The notes: generated from the letters alone by a model not told the origin. A DNA stretch of 63,746 nt, filler included, from Squatina squatina (GCA_031763465.1; 3 parts of 3 records of this genome joined end to end with filler, not necessarily neighbours in it); one strand, 5' to 3'. Shown: positions 1 through 14,434, counted from the first letter of the whole stretch. Made by a program: numbers and translations.

Positions 1-66
1 GGATAGAATGTGATTGTTCGGTGCAGCTCACATATTAACACCAGGTGCTTGCATTTTTTTTTCCAG

Positions 67-216
67 GTCAGCTCGCTGCAGGTACCTGTGAGATAGTCAC
101 CCTGGACAAAGATAGCAGTCAACCGCGAAGGACTATAGCCAGACAAACTGCTAGGTGTGCATGTAAAAAGGGGCAGATTGCTGGCACAACGAGAGCAAAA
201 CCAGCCTGTGTGGACG
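67..216 (+). CDS. TAFA5: Internal coding exon of TAFA chemokine-like family member 5 (FAM19A5)
   Basis: Encodes (G)QLAAGTCEIVTLDKDSSQPRRTIARQTARCACKKGQIAGTTRAKPACVD, nearly identical to human TAFA5 as recalled (GQLAAGTCEIVTLDRDSSQPRRTIARQTARCACRKGQIAGTTRARPACVD). Polypyrimidine tract and AG at 65-66, GTAAG donor at 217, 150 nt, phase 1-1. I did not find the next exon (ARIIKTKQWC...) in the window. Confidence 0.96.
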
Positions 217-1156
217 GTAAGAATATAATACATAGGTTTTAAGCTTAAGTTTAGTTTTTTCCTGCTTCCTTTGCCAATCTAAAGAGCAACCAAAGTTTAC
301 CGAATGGTATTTGATACCCCAAGCTCTTCGCCACTCAGAAATGTCAATCATTTCTATTGTGATCAGTAGGAATTAACACTCATTTGGATGGGAAAGAGAA
401 TTTTACATGAGTGCGGGGGGAGTCCGTTGCCATTTGTTCTAACCCGAGATTGGATGGGACAGCTGATCAACCGGTAGCTTTGCAGTCCCAAGAAATAGTC
501 ACCAGTAGCAGATGGAGAGCTGCATCTTCTCACACAGTTACAGCCACCACTCCATATTTTAGCTTGCTGAATGTTAAAAGACATAAAACACACACGTTAT
601 TTTCTTTGACTGGTTGATGGGAGTTCTGTGTAAGGCATGCTCTTGTTTTTTTTATATTTAAATGGGAATTGAAGGAAAATGCACTGACCCTGTTAAGATT
701 TCTTTGCTTACAAGTATTTTACTCAATTAATTTTCTTTCAAGAAATCCATTTACTGGTGCACCTGCTTTGTAATCAGCATAGAAGCACAGCAATTACTTT
801 GTTGATTTTTGAATGCTGTACATGGAGTTCATTGGAAAGGAGTTGGTGCACATGAGCTATTAATAATGCTGCAATAGCTCACCACACATATTATTCAATA
901 CTTTGTATGATTAGTCAACAGGGTGCACACAAGTAGCATTTCACATAACAGCATTCTACTTTATGTACCGGAGGTTATGCACGGGGTGTAATCAAAGGTA
1001 CACAGTGTAATTTGAAGACTTTACAAGCTGATGTAACTGGTAGCAGCAGGCTGCTTCATTCACTTCCTCGACTGTGATAGGCAACCTTTGCTGCAGGAAG
1101 GGGCAGCAGCACTGGTCCAGTTGGCTGGCTTGCCTTTTACGGAATTCTCTGAGTCG

Positions 1157-1630
1157 AATCATAAAATATTACAGCACAGAAGGAGGCCATTTGGCCCATC
1201 ACACTTGTGAAGGCGGCTACCCACTTAATCTCATTCATTTGTTCTTTCTCTTTTTTTTCAAACACTTATCCACTTCCCTTTTAGAANNNNNNNNNNTTTA
1301 GAAGCTATTATGAATTGTGTTTCTGGTAGAACATTCCATGACTTAACAATCAAAAAAAATTCTCCTAATCTCGCTCTTCATTCTTTTGGTGTTGATCTTC
1401 AATATATGCTCTCTAGTTAACAATTGACTGACCAGTGAAGAATAGATCTTTTTGCCTATTTATCGTATAAAGTTCCCTCATAATTTTGAACACCTGGATT
1501 AGATCTCCTCTTAATCTCTTTATTCTAATGAGAAGAACTTGTTTGTCATTCCTCCTCGTAAATAAAGTTGTTCATTCCTGGTATGATCTAAAATGAATCT
1601 TTTCCACGCCATCTCAATGGCCTTGACATT
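1157..1630 (-). mobile_element. Decayed CR1-type LINE 3' fragment
   Basis: Starts with atcataaaatattacagcacagaaggaggccatttggcccatc, the reverse complement of the typical shark CR1 3' end, and continues as degenerate ORF2 C-terminus. Confidence 0.7.
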
Positions 1631-2079
1631 TAACTGAAGCATCGACTATCAATTGGAGGTGCACTGGAGACATAGGAATTTGCTGGTCAGAGAATCAGCT
1701 GGTGNNNNNNNNNNCTGGGACCCTGTGCATCACCGTGTGTGACCTGAGGCTCTTCTACTCCCCTTACAACACTCGAGGTGGAAGGACCTGAGCTGGCACT
1801 CAATGCAGCAGTTTAATGTGACGCAGTGTTTGCCCCGATTAAAAGTTCTGCCCACTGGCCATCATCCCCGCCCTTCCCCTTGCAGCAACTTGTTCCAGCC
1901 CCATTGCCACCTCCTCACCCTCCCACCACTCCCGATTTGAGCACCTGTGTTTACCCACCTCTGACACTTCTGACTCTGTCACCCTGCCCTCCTGATTCTG
2001 GCAGCTCTGCTCCTGGCCCAAATTCTGACCCCACTGCTCTTGCAACTAGGGGGGACAGGTGGTGGCCTGGTGGCTGACT

Positions 2080-2480
2080 GCCTGTGGGTTGTCGGTAGAG
2101 ACCAAGTTTCTGGCTAATTTCTGGAGGCTGCCTTCATTGGGGTTGCAGCCTGCAAGTTGTGGATGGGTGACATATGGTGGTTGTCTGCTGGCTGGCTGCA
2201 GGCTGGCTTCTGCTGGTCATAACTAACTGAGTTTTGGCGGGCTCTCTGTTATTTGTGGTTACGTGACTTCTGGTGGCTGGCTGGATGGATGGTGGTCCTT
2301 GGCGGCTGCAGGCTGACTTCCTGCGGCTAGTTACTGGTCTTGGCTGGTATCTACTGGTGATTTGGCTGGCAGCTGGTGACGTACGTGTGGCTGGCTGCTG
2401 TTGATTGCTGGTTTCCAGTAGTTGGTTTCTGCTGGTAGTCGCTTGATAGCTAACTGGCCTTCTTGGTTTGTGTGGATTAG
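2080..2480. repeat. Low-complexity GGCTG/GCTGG-rich degenerate repeat
   Basis: Dense recurrence of ggctggctgc and tgctgg motifs with strong G/T bias on the + strand. Confidence 0.55.
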
Positions 2481-2562
2481 TTGCTCACTGAATAAACTCA
2501 CTCAGTCATCAGGAGGCATATTTTGCATGTTTAAAAAGCATGCTATATTTCTTAGACATAAT

Positions 2563-2857
2563 GGCCCCTGAAATTGTGGCCCCTCTGGGTGCGTACGAGG
2601 TGCGCACGCGTCCGTAGGGACCCCGCAGGTTCCAGGTTTAGGGATGCACTGCGCATGCCCCTAAACCCAGAACTTGTGACCTGTCAAGATTTCTCTGAAC
2701 AGATCACATGCTTCCGAATCTAAAGGGCCTCCGTGGGCGAACTCTTGCCCAGTGAAAGTCCTTTAATTTCTTACACTGGTGAAAGCAGGTGCACAGGCCT
2801 GCTTTTATCAGACTAAGACTTAAATAAATCACATTTATTTATTAAAAATTCAGTTCA
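2563..2857. mobile_element. Partial GC-rich non-autonomous TIR element (PIF/Harbinger-like MITE)
   Basis: Begins ggcccctgaaattg, the same terminus type as the elements at 14435, 31717 and 53471; cut by a gap. Confidence 0.5.
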
Positions 2858-4701
2858 NNNNNNNNNNNNNNNNNNNNNNNNNNNNNNNNNNNNNNNNNNN
2901 NNNNNNNNNNNNNNNNNNNNNNNNNNNNNNNNNNNNNNNNNNNNNNNNNNNNNNNNNGAGAGATCAATCTGCTGAACAGGCGTCAGGAGAAATGTATGGG
3001 TTTGTTGGCTTTTCATGTTAATTATTGCAAAGTGGTTCTTTGACAGCTGACTTACAGCTTGGTATAACATGCTTTGCCTGGAATAGTTTGCCTGGAATAA
3101 TCAACCAACACACTAACAGCTGGGAAATGATCTACATTCTTGGATGTAGGGGGTAGGGGGAAGCCGTGCATTGGGATCTTGCGAAGAGGCTTGCCACCTT
3201 TCAAGCTGAAATGTGCATTGCAGAATGGAAGTGACCAGTGCCAGGAAACTTTGATCTGTCCTATTTTCAACAGTAGTTTGAAGCATTTGATACTGTGAAA
3301 GTTTGTCTAATGTCAAAATAAAGTACCTTTTGCCTTCCCCCACTCACTTTGTGCCCCTCTTTCCCTGTAGACACTAAAGAACTGCTTTTAACCAGCAGAA
3401 ACTGGACACGTGGGCAGTTAAAATGGCCACGTCAACTTACTCCTCAACCATACTACTGCCTTCCAATGGATTGCAATTTTAAGCTGCTTTTTTGAGCAGG
3501 CGAGCAGGACACCTGCCAAAAGGCAGCGGGGTCCTTCTTTAAAGATGCAGATGACATTATCAGACTGCAATCTTAACCCGAGGTCTGCATGAGGAAGCCA
3601 TGACTCTCTGATTGGCAACCGATTCCTCCTTGGGTCCCACCACCAATCGCTCCCGCTTGCTTGTGCTCCACGTGCCACTCCGCCTGTCCCACTTTCGCTA
3701 ATTCCCTTGTGCTGGACGTCTTCGGCCTAGTGCTTGCGGGGAGTGGGAGTGACGGGATCTGCTCCAAAATGCTGGAGGTTCATGAAGTAAAGTGTTGAAA
3801 ATTAAACATTTCTGGCATGTCCCCAAACCTCCCGAGAGAAGAAAGCTTCTTTGTGATCTATAATACAGTAATACACACTTTGAAAATTACCATGATACTA
3901 CTGGTTATGCATTCAACAAGGACATGTATTTTGTCAGAATTGTAATTACTGAATTAAGTTTTAACATGCGATGGTTGATGTGTGAGGTTTAATAATGACA
4001 ATTTAAAGTAGTGCATTGAAGAACTATGATAACTGGTCCAAGCCTTTCATTACTTTTCTAAGTGGTTTATGAAGCAATGACCTCTGTAATCATCGTTCGA
4101 CTTTTCTTCTGAAGACATGTTTTTTTCTTATGGTTTATATAAATTTAGCAGAAGCATTTATTTTTACTTAAAGCTGTGACCATGACCATTGCTTCACAAT
4201 AACTGTTTTGTTCCATTTAGCGCTGTTGATTTCTGTCTGTTTTTAAAGAGACAGCATCGCGTCAATATAATTATCAATGCTAACTTTTTTCTATTGGATT
4301 TGCTATTGGATGACATAATTGGTATTATGGAGTCGACGACTGGGAAAAAGGTAAGTAGTGGAGTGAGGGGGGAGGGAGGGTTCTGAGAAAGCAGAATTGG
4401 GAGAGTAGCCTGATGCAGCAGTAGCCTAACTGTTTTTATGCGATCTGGAGGAGCACTTCTGACGCTTCTGGCCCAACAAGAGTAAATTCTGAACATACCT
4501 ATTGGTGCCCCCACTGGGTGCCTGGCAGCTTCTACAGAGTGGGCCATCCACGGCGGATGCTTTCGTATGTAAGCCATTAACGGCTTAGGGTTCCCCGAAT
4601 AGGACCCCGATTTGCATAAATTCAGGAGGCTTTTGACTGAGGTTGGTGGATGCCTCAGCCGCCCGTTTCAATGTAAGTACACAGCAGAAACAGAGTGGTT
4701 C

Positions 4702-4894
4702 TAGAAACATAGAAAATAGGAGCAGGACTAGGCCAGTCGGCCCTCTGGGCCTGCTTCGCCATTCAATATGATCATGGCTGATCCTCTAATTCAGTACCAT
4801 ATTCTCGCTTTTTCCCTATATCCCTTGATGCCGTTAGTATCAAGAATTATATCTGTCTCCTTCTTGAATATATTTAATGATGTGGCCTTCACGG
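4702..4894 (-). mobile_element. CR1 LINE 3' end
   Basis: tagaaacatagaaaataggagcagga...ggccctctgggcctgct...caatatgatcatggctgatcc is the reverse complement of the shark CR1 3' terminus with its short tail repeat. Confidence 0.85.
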
Positions 4895-5505
4895 NNNNNN
4901 NNNNNNNNNNNNNNNNNNNNNNNNNNNNNNNNNNNNNNNNNNNNNNNNNNNNNNNNNNNNNNNNNNNNNNNNNNNNNNNNNNNNNNNNNNNNNNAATGCC
5001 AGTGCTGGGAGGGAGAGACAAGACTGAGGCTGAGAAGGCCCAAGGGCTCCTTGAGGTGGGGCCCAGGAAGCACTCCTGCTCCTCCTGGCCCACAAGAATT
5101 CCACAGAAAAGTGATTTTTTTAAGATTTACTTTGGCCTCTTCCGACCAGTCTGTTACTCCCACCATGGCTCGGCTGTTGGGGTTGGAATCCACACATTAA
5201 AATACCGTTGCGCTGCCGATTATGTCATATGGCCATGAATTTTCAGTGGCTNNNNNNNNNNGTGCTTGAATTCAGATAAGTAAAGGTGGGGAGGTGGGTG
5301 GGGAGGAGGGAGAAAGTGGTGTGACTTCCCCCACCTTATTGTAACCTCCTGCCTGTGGTGAAGAAAGGATAGGCAAGGAGTATGATTGCACCTCTTAACA
5401 TTACAGAAAAAATCAAGTTTTCCAATATCTAGGACATGCATAGACATCTTCCATGCTGTCCTTGCATGTTGCAGTCAATAATATCTATTGGTGAGTGTTC
5501 TTACC

Positions 5506-5850
5506 TTTTATGTATCGGGTGCAGGGTGGAGCTGGAATAACTTAGTGAACGCAGTGCTCAACACAACTCTCTGTATTGGTTAACAGATGCTCCAGCTTTG
5601 GACGACGCGATGTCTAGGCTGGGCCTATATTCAACTTCACATCAAGTAGCCCGGTTCTGACTCCAGCAGGTCTCCTGGCTCAGGTGCGCTCCAGGAGTCT
5701 CTGGAGGAAGAGAGCCAAAGAGAGTAGGCAGGGTTATAGGAATCACCTTTATACTCCACCCACTGGGGTTGCCGTAGGTGTACTGAGCAAAGTCACAACC
5801 CGATTCCTGAGACATTGTATAAAGTCAAAACCCGTTCCCAGTACATAACA
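5506..5850 (-). mobile_element. Solo LTR, same family as 46892-47249
   Basis: Reverse complement aligns along its whole length to 46892-47249. Termini are TGTTATGTA...TACATAAAA. Flanks TTACC/CTACC form a 5-bp TSD with one mismatch. Confidence 0.85.
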
Positions 5851-8800
5851 CTACCCCAACCAAAACATCATGCAACTTTCAAATTGCCCTGTAGACAGCG
5901 ACCAGATCTCATCTTACAGTAAAAGTATTGTAGGATTTGCCAAATGACTTAAACAATCCAATGGTATTTGAAAAAAATTATTTTCATATTGAATGATTAA
6001 GGATTTTTTTGTCCAGTTATATCCTTGGAGAGAATTGTGGTGAGGGAATGTAGATGCAACCTGTGGTAGAACATGTAAGACAAGCATTGAATTAATTGAA
6101 AGTAGAGGTAGGATATCCTGATTTATACTACAGATTTTCTGCAGCAGATGAGGACTTGATTCTTTGTTCACTATTAATGCACCACTAGAATTTGTGGCAT
6201 TTTTTTGCAGCCTATTTGTTTCAGCAGTGTTTTCAGTGGTTTATTCTTCAGACCACGGAGATGCCTGCTAAATTCCACCACCTTTTCTTGTTGTCCCTGG
6301 CTGAAATGCAAATTGCCACCACTGGGAATATAAGCCACCTACAGTTCAGATAAGCTCAGGAACCAATCCCTCTCCAGTGCTCCATATTGTGCAGCAGGTT
6401 CAGATTCCTGAAGGACTTCTTCCCATCGCAGAATGAAGCTCTTTGTTGCGTTTTCCTTTCCTGAAGAAAGCAGCATTTACTTTGGAAATGAAATAAAGGC
6501 AATTTAATTGTAGTCAGTTACTTTACACAAACAAAAATACCTCTAATATTCTTGAGATAATGGTTACCTTCCCTTATTTCTTACACAAGCCTGGCTATTA
6601 CACCTCAGTTGCTGCAGCAGTCAGAAGCGGCTTGGTCAACTGCCGATTAAGAGTTATTAGCAGCTATATGATAGCACCAGAACTGCAGGTTTGGCTGCAT
6701 GGATTGTTGGAGGATTAAAATATTTTGATTAAACATTAAGATGCTTGCAATGCTAAAAAACTCGGATAATTCCATCACTGGCAATGTGGCCAACTAAACT
6801 TCTCCACTTCAGTAAACCGTTTTAAACATCGTGGGGGCATTGTACAAGCTGCAAAGCAGGTTTCACAGGGTGGCCACCTTGGCCCAGTTTAATGGAAGTC
6901 TATCAATTTGGTATTTCAGTCATGTATTTTTTTTTCCCCTGACTAAGTTTGTTCATTTCTACCATGCTTATCTCGTCTCTCCCTCAAAGACTTGCTGTTT
7001 GTTGTATTTCTGCTATCATGCAGATCCGAGCAGCCTTCCTAGATAAGGTGTACATGCATGGCTGGATTTTTTTCTTTTGTAAGTTATTAGCTGAGAACTA
7101 ATAGATATCAAGAGTTGGACACGCACCGGACTGTGCTACTGAGACATCCATACATCATTCAGCGGCAAACAGCAGAACATATGTGCACAACAAGAGATCT
7201 GCAAGTCAGCATATCTTAGCTCTCAGTGGATGGAAATATTTCATACTCTCCTAATAGTTGGCACTCTGCACTATGTACACAAGGCATGCAAGAACTTTTC
7301 GACTTATTGAGGTGGATCTGAAAATCCACATTCTGAAATCAGAAGTTCAGTTCGTCCGAGTCCCAATTTATCTCAATTGGGTTAACTTGCCCGATTCCTA
7401 TTTAGGAATGACTTTGGTGCATCTCCTCAGCCAGTGGTCATTGTCTACTCTGCTAAATTTGACCTTATGTAGCAATTCTGTTATGTTTTTCTGGCTCCCA
7501 TGGCCCAGGATCATTGGATTTTATTCATCCAAAACCAGGAGGCCTCTGCTCCGTGCTGGCTGTGGTTTGGTCTCTGCTACAGTGCGTGTGTCAGTTGCTC
7601 CTGTGAGTTTTTTTGTGAACTTTGTACTCGGCCGTGAAAATTCTCAAACTTGCAAAAAAAGGTACCTGTTGTTTGTGGTGGCTGCACAGCCCAGGAAGTA
7701 AATGCTGTGACTAACGGCGCTGTNNNNNNNNNNNNNNNNNNNNNNNNNNNNNNNNNNNNNNNNNNNNNNNNNNNNNNNNNNNNNNNNNNNNNNNNNNNNN
7801 NNNNNNNNNNNNNNNNNNNNNNNATATGTCATCGAAATAGTACTGCTGTTATAACTGTTACCAGTTGTCATTTTCCTCTTGTGTGTACCTCCTCACATAA
7901 CAATACTGCTACCACTATCCTATAATGATGAGCTAGCTGGCGGCTGTTCTTGATTTAGTGGTACACAATCATGATTTGGAATGGTAAAAACATCAGAATT
8001 CTCCCCCTCCTCTCAACTCCCATGTTCATTAATAATGCTTTCATCATCAAAAGAAGGATGGGAAATTAAAGCCATCAGTTTTAATTGAAGAGGGACAGTG
8101 CTCTGATTGTTCCCCTTGTCTGCCGCCTCGCTAGAATCAGGAATACATATCTAACTCTTAGACTACATGTAAGTAGATGTGCTATATATGAACACATGAA
8201 AAATTGTTTTTTTTCCTTCAAAATATGATTATTTCAGTGTTATGGGAGTTTTAGGTCAAAGTTATTTTATTGGTCCTGTTCATCAAGAAGTGTCTGTCAA
8301 ATTCTCTCCAACTCCCTTTAAATGTCGAGTATCGAGATAAAGGATTACCATGGAAACAGGTTTCAGATCTCTACAGGAAAAGAATAATGGAGTCTTGTTC
8401 CAAAACTCCACACAGATTCTGATGCTGCCACGTAATTTGTGTAATCTGTTCTCCCAAATGAAAGAGCCTGCTGCTATTTGCCATCAAATATGGAAACTAT
8501 TATCCCCACACCAACAGTTTCTTGTTCAATTAGAGGGATGACATCATGGCTAAGTATGCCTTACCATTCATCTAGAAAGTATTTCAAGATTAAAACCTTG
8601 TAAAATCACTGTTGACCTATCCAGCATTTGGTGTTGTCTGTTCCAGAGATTTCATGAAAGGTAATTTATTTTAAATACATGCTATTAAGTAATCTAGAAA
8701 TAACACTTCAAGGACTGTGGAACATGGAAACTAAACTAATAAAGAATCAAAACAAAAGAACCTGAAGTACTTCTCTCTGCCCCCTTGTGCGTATGCCTTT

Positions 8801-11800
8801 TGAGAATTTCAAATACAATGTGAAGTAGTTATGTAAGTAAACAAACCCAGAGGGACACTTCCACGGAACCATGTTCTCTGAATCTTTGGCTAGTTACAGC
8901 AAGATTTATTTGGATCTAATTCATCGTGGTATTACCACAGAAATGTCATCACACTACTCAGAATGGAATTTTGAGTCGTGCCAGCAAAATTGGTGCCTTT
9001 GTCACGTCCCACTAATCTCGTGTCAACCAATTAAGATGCTGTATGTTAAATAATATGTTGAGCAAGTAGAGATCAAGGGACACCAAAGTGTGAACCCAGA
9101 GTAACCTCAGGTGGACCACTATGAGCTTATTAACAAGTTCCTGCATGTGATGCATTCAGACAGCTTTGAATGCATTTGCCTCGTCAGAGGATTGAGGAAG
9201 TACTGGTTTAGTGAAGTATTCTAGCTCCTGAGCAATATAAGGGCACTCGTGAATTGTATTGCATTTTTGGCAATGCTCTTCAGATTTGGCATTGTGAGCA
9301 CTTGAATCTTAGACCACTGAAGCAGCAATCTATAAAAATGAATCTCCCATTCCTACTGTTGAGTGTATTTAGTGTAATCTAGTGTAGTATGCAATGTTTT
9401 CATCCTTGTGTATCCTTCCTGCTATTCCAAGAGTGATTTTGATTCTATTTAAACTTAAATACTTGATTGCGTAGTTACAAAAATATTTCCTTTTACTTTT
9501 TTTTTAAAGCATATTAATTCACTAAAATAATATGGTATTAAAGGATCGCCTTGCATCATGTTACAAAATAAGACTGATCCTATTCTTTCTAAAAAGGTAT
9601 TTATTTAGTCTTAACAACTTAATTCAAACATGTAAAGCTGCTAAGAATAAGTTATTCTCCTATCTTTAGCATTTTAATAGTTAATACTGGAAGAGTTTTG
9701 GGTGAGCAGAAGTTTACAAAGGGTAAAGGGCAGAAATCTGGCCTGAGGAGCATTAGAACAGTATGTGCACAGAGCTGCTAATGATCAGGGAGCAAGGTTA
9801 CCAGTTCTAAGGCAATCCTGCATGGAAAGATAAGAGATATACAGATTCTACAACTAACTGATAAAACAAGAACATGTCATCAGAACCAGACAAGTGTGAG
9901 TAAGATAACACTACATGGTGGCAAAACCATGGAAACAGCAAGCACAGATCAACGGAAGAAGGGGTCTTACACCAGGCCAGAGGTGATAAGAACAAAGGAA
10001 CAGAACCTGAGCCCGGGGCCAAGAAGGGAGTTGGATCACAGACTGACTGGTACCAGCTGTGCTGGCAGGGAGCCAGAATTTGGCCTTGAGATAGAGCTCT
10101 CAGAATTGTTACTCACTGCAGTCGGGGAGGGCATCTTGGTCAGTTGCCAGAAGACGTGCCCTTACAAAACCGTCGGCAGACCAACCAAGCGGGACGATCG
10201 NNNNNNNNNNNNNNNNNNNNNNNNNNNNNNNNNNNNNNNNNNNNNNNNNNNNNNNNNNNNNNNNNNNNNNNNNNNNNNNNNNNNNNNNNNNNNNNNNNNN
10301 TAAAGACAGTATGCCACCAATTGGAATTATTATTAAAACTTTTAAATGAGCCAAAACAAAATCAGCAACTATTGGAGCAATTATTCCTCCATTAATAGTT
10401 ACTGCTAACTAATACTAAAACAAAGCTGTAACTGTTGTACTGCTGTGTAATACCTACAGTGAAATGTGTCCTCACTCAATTATTTATTATACAGTTTATG
10501 AAAATGTGCTGCAGGGCAGTACGCACATCAGTCAAATTGCCCTTTTATGTAATAATGTTGCCTGGAGATAAATTGGCTTCCTGCTCTAAGTTTTCAGGAG
10601 AATTGCAGATCTATTTTTTTTTTGTTGCCTTTTTTGGCATTTGGTGAAATGCTGCTAAGTCAAGTTAGCAGTTTTTAATTCGTCAAAAGAATGATAAATA
10701 CAGCAAGAGGAGAGTGAAGGATTTGCACACATCCTGCCCACAGCTTTGACTGCAGCTGTAGTCCGGAACAATATCATTTGCAAGATTACTTATTAGGCTC
10801 ATCACAACACAAAACAAATTGAAACAAATCAAAAAAAATTGAAAAAGAGTGTAATCTAGGCATGATAAAATAGCTTATTAGATACCTTCACGTTTTGCTC
10901 ATTTACACTTCGTGCGTCTGTATGCAAATTCATCGACTTGTAAATTGTTTTTGCTGTGACTCAGTGATGATTCCTTGCCATTTCAGCTGTGCTTTTGCGT
11001 TGTGGTTGGCAGATCATGGGTCTGTGCAAGAGGAATCTGATTTCTCCTTGACAACAAAAAATGCCAACATTTATTTCAGCCACTTCACAGAGGCTCTGGG
11101 TTGAAACCTTGTTTGACTTTATAATGGTGACCATTTTCTATAATGTTTTTGGAATGAATTCCCGCGCCTGCTTAGACGGGGGACGTTTCTCTGGCNNNNN
11201 NNNNNNNNNNNNNNNNNNNNNNNNNNNNNNNNNNNNNNNNNNNNNNNNNNNNNNNNNNNNNNNNNNNNNNNNNNNNNNNNNNNNNNNNNNNNNNNNNNNN
11301 NNNNNNNNNNNNNNNNNNNNNNNNNNNNNNNNNNNNNNNNNNNNNNNNNNNNNNNNNNNNNNNNNNNNNNNNNNNNNNNNNNNNNNNNNNNNNNNNNNNN
11401 NNNNNNNNNNNNNNNNNNNNNNNNNNCATGCAATTAAAAATCCTCATATTTCACTGCAGCAGCTATCCCGTCTTCTCCAAGTCCCCTTTAGGCATGGATA
11501 AATGACAGTGTCTTCTCTGCAGACATTTTTAATTCCTCAACCATGAGACCTCCAATGTTTGTTGCTAAAATAATTAGTTTGGCAAATGTAGATATTGATG
11601 TTGTATCACAGCAGGTCTGTAACCTAGATATAACCTTTCATGTCATCTCATTGGTCTCCCAGGGTATGTTACTCATTGACTTTCATTAGATTTTTTAGAA
11701 TTCATACAAAATTTTTGTTAAAAATTCTAGATGTCGAAGATAGCAGATTATATAATCAAGCACATTTGCTCATTTGTTGAGCTTGTGGTTGTCAGTCCAC

Positions 11801-12863
11801 AATCAAAATAAACTAATATTAATTTTTTCAATGCTGCTTAGATTTTGTGCTGTGAATTCTAAGCACATTTGGATGCATATGTTGTATATTGTTTTTGTTC
11901 CTACGGGCAAGCACTGACAGCTGGGCTTTCAAAGGTTTTGATCACTGCAAGTAAATAAAGTAAGAGATAGCATAAGAGAAATACTTTAGCACCAAAATCA
12001 TAAATATTATGACATCTTCCTGTCTCCGAAGTATATTTTCAGAGNNNNNNNNNNNNNNNNNNNNNNNNNNNNNNNNNNNNNNNNNNNNNNNNNNNNNNNN
12101 NNNNNNNNNNNNNNNNNNNNNNNNNNNNNNNNNNNNNNNNNNNNTTTAGTTCCTTGTATCTCCCAGGACAAGCTTTGTAAACCAGCTTAAAGCAGGGCTG
12201 CTATACTTTTTAAGATCTTTGATTCATTTTAGGGTTGGTTTTACAGTTTTTGATATTCCATTGTCTTCATATTGAGGCTCCAAACGAAAACATAAGTTTG
12301 CGACCTGAAAAGACCATTGACTTCATTCAGCTCGCCCCGTAAGTTCTGCTTTATTTAATGTGAAAGAAGATGGATGAAAATATATTTGCATGTGTCAATT
12401 GCTACTCCACACTTTATGCCTCATGAAAGTGTGCTATCTGACGGTAAGATGGGAATTATTTATCTAGGAGGTCACTGCAACATGGTTGTCTGTTATCCTT
12501 GTTGGCAGAGGATATTTGGAGGACATCAACTGTGAGAAGACAACTAGAATTGTGGCGGAAAAAAGTGAAGAAAACCATCAAAGAGTAATGAACTTCACAT
12601 TTAAAGTTAGCTTGACTTCAGTGACGTGACACTGTCAGTTCTCATATTGGATCAAATTCTTTTTTAGAACAGACGCTTTCACAGAAATGACAGCAGTTAT
12701 TGATTTGAATGTAGATCATAAACTATTCAATGACCTTACCAGTGTTTTGAAGTAACCATCAGTNNNNNNNNNNNNNNNNNNNNNNNNNNNNNNNNNNNNN
12801 NNNNNNNNNNNNNNNNNNNNNNNNNNNNNNNNNNNNNNNNNNNNNNNNNNNNNNNNNNNNNNN

Positions 12864-13316
12864 TTCCTGTTGCATTGCAAGGGGCGGAACATCTGCCCAT
12901 CCCTGGCCATTATTTCCCTCGTACGGTGTGGAATCAGTGGTGTAGACTCCCTAAGATGTGTTTCTGAGGTGGAGGTGTACTGGCCTCCAAAAGGCTATCT
13001 TTGCTCCTCCTAGCCGAACAAAAATCTTTTTTCCCATTTTGTGATCGGCTTTCAGTGGGCCCTTTAACTAACAGAGGCCTCTGGTTAGACCACTGTGCGC
13101 CTAGTACCAATGAGCAGAACATGCGTGGTGTATGCTCCACCCATTGGTACCTCAAAATTGCATCTTGGTCCTGTGTACCGCTATAGGACCCTGATTTTTG
13201 TATTACAAGTCAGCTCCTTCCTGAAACAGCTTGTTGTCTGGGCCGCCTGTGTGAAGGCCCCAAACAGAATGGCCGCAATGGATCGGAAGTAAGAATGGCC
13301 CAGTTATTTCAGCCCC
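12864..13316. mobile_element. Partial TIR element (MITE-like)
   Basis: GC-richer segment ending in atttcagcccc, the reverse complement of the GGGGCTGAAAT terminus. Confidence 0.45.
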
Positions 13317-14434
13317 TGCAATTTTTGGATCACTACCACCCCATTCCCACTGGTTGGAGCCTATGAACATCAGACCCATTGTCACTTGCCTTATTTTTTT
13401 CAGTCTTGTCAAATTTCTAAAGTTTTAGCAATAATTTATTGCACTGACACTTGCATTGCATTAGATGCTGAACTGACACCTTGGTTTGAACAGGACAATC
13501 TGATTTCTACTTATGTTTCCCAGTGCTCAAGAAAGCTATTTTGGGGGCTTCATGCTGCTATAGTTTTGACATTTTAACTTGATTATCACTTCCCTCATCC
13601 TCTCATTCTTTCTGCACCTCACATCATTTCAACAAACGAATACAGTTAGTGGAATTCCTTTGAAGCTGATTTACCGCAGTGTCCCAGTGTTTACTAACAG
13701 TAATCTCCATCGGACACTTCCTATTGTTCAATTTAATCCAATCAGAGGAACTCATTGTCAATTATTCGTTCCATTTCCATTTACACTGTAGCTGTATTAA
13801 TTTACATGAATTGAGCGGAGAAGTGACAACATTGGGTAACTCCTCTTGAAAATAATCATCTGGTAAAATTCATACATTCCTTGCTAAGAGGAGGTCCCGG
13901 AGCATCTGATTTCAGGGGCTACCAAAATACTTGCAGTCCGATGATCCTGCTTTGCACTTTTTTATACTGCTCTTCAAATTTTCATGGGGAAGTATTAGGC
14001 TGGATCCCATCATTTAGAAATTCGAGGGCTCCATGGTGCTGCTAATGATGGTTGCTGGGGCTTTAAACAGCTGTGCATGTTTTTTTTTGTATTTCTTTTA
14101 AGCAGTGGGGCAACTTTATAATGACATGTAATGTGACATGTACTGTGACATTTTTCAGCATTAACTGCTATTATTTTGTGGAGTTGACAGTTGGGAAAAG
14201 TGAAACCTGATACCTCAAGGAACCTTGTGTACTGACTACAGACCTTTGTTGGAAATTTTCACTTAAATTAGCCGGTGTCATTGTGATACCGAGCTTAAGA
14301 ATGTTCCATCTCATAACTGCAACAAAAAACTCTTCAGATTGTATTGGACAAGATTAAATTGTGATTAAAAAAAATAAGCAATTTTATTGGAGATATTTTA
14401 TTACTGGAATGAAGGAGGCAGATAAAAGGTCTTT

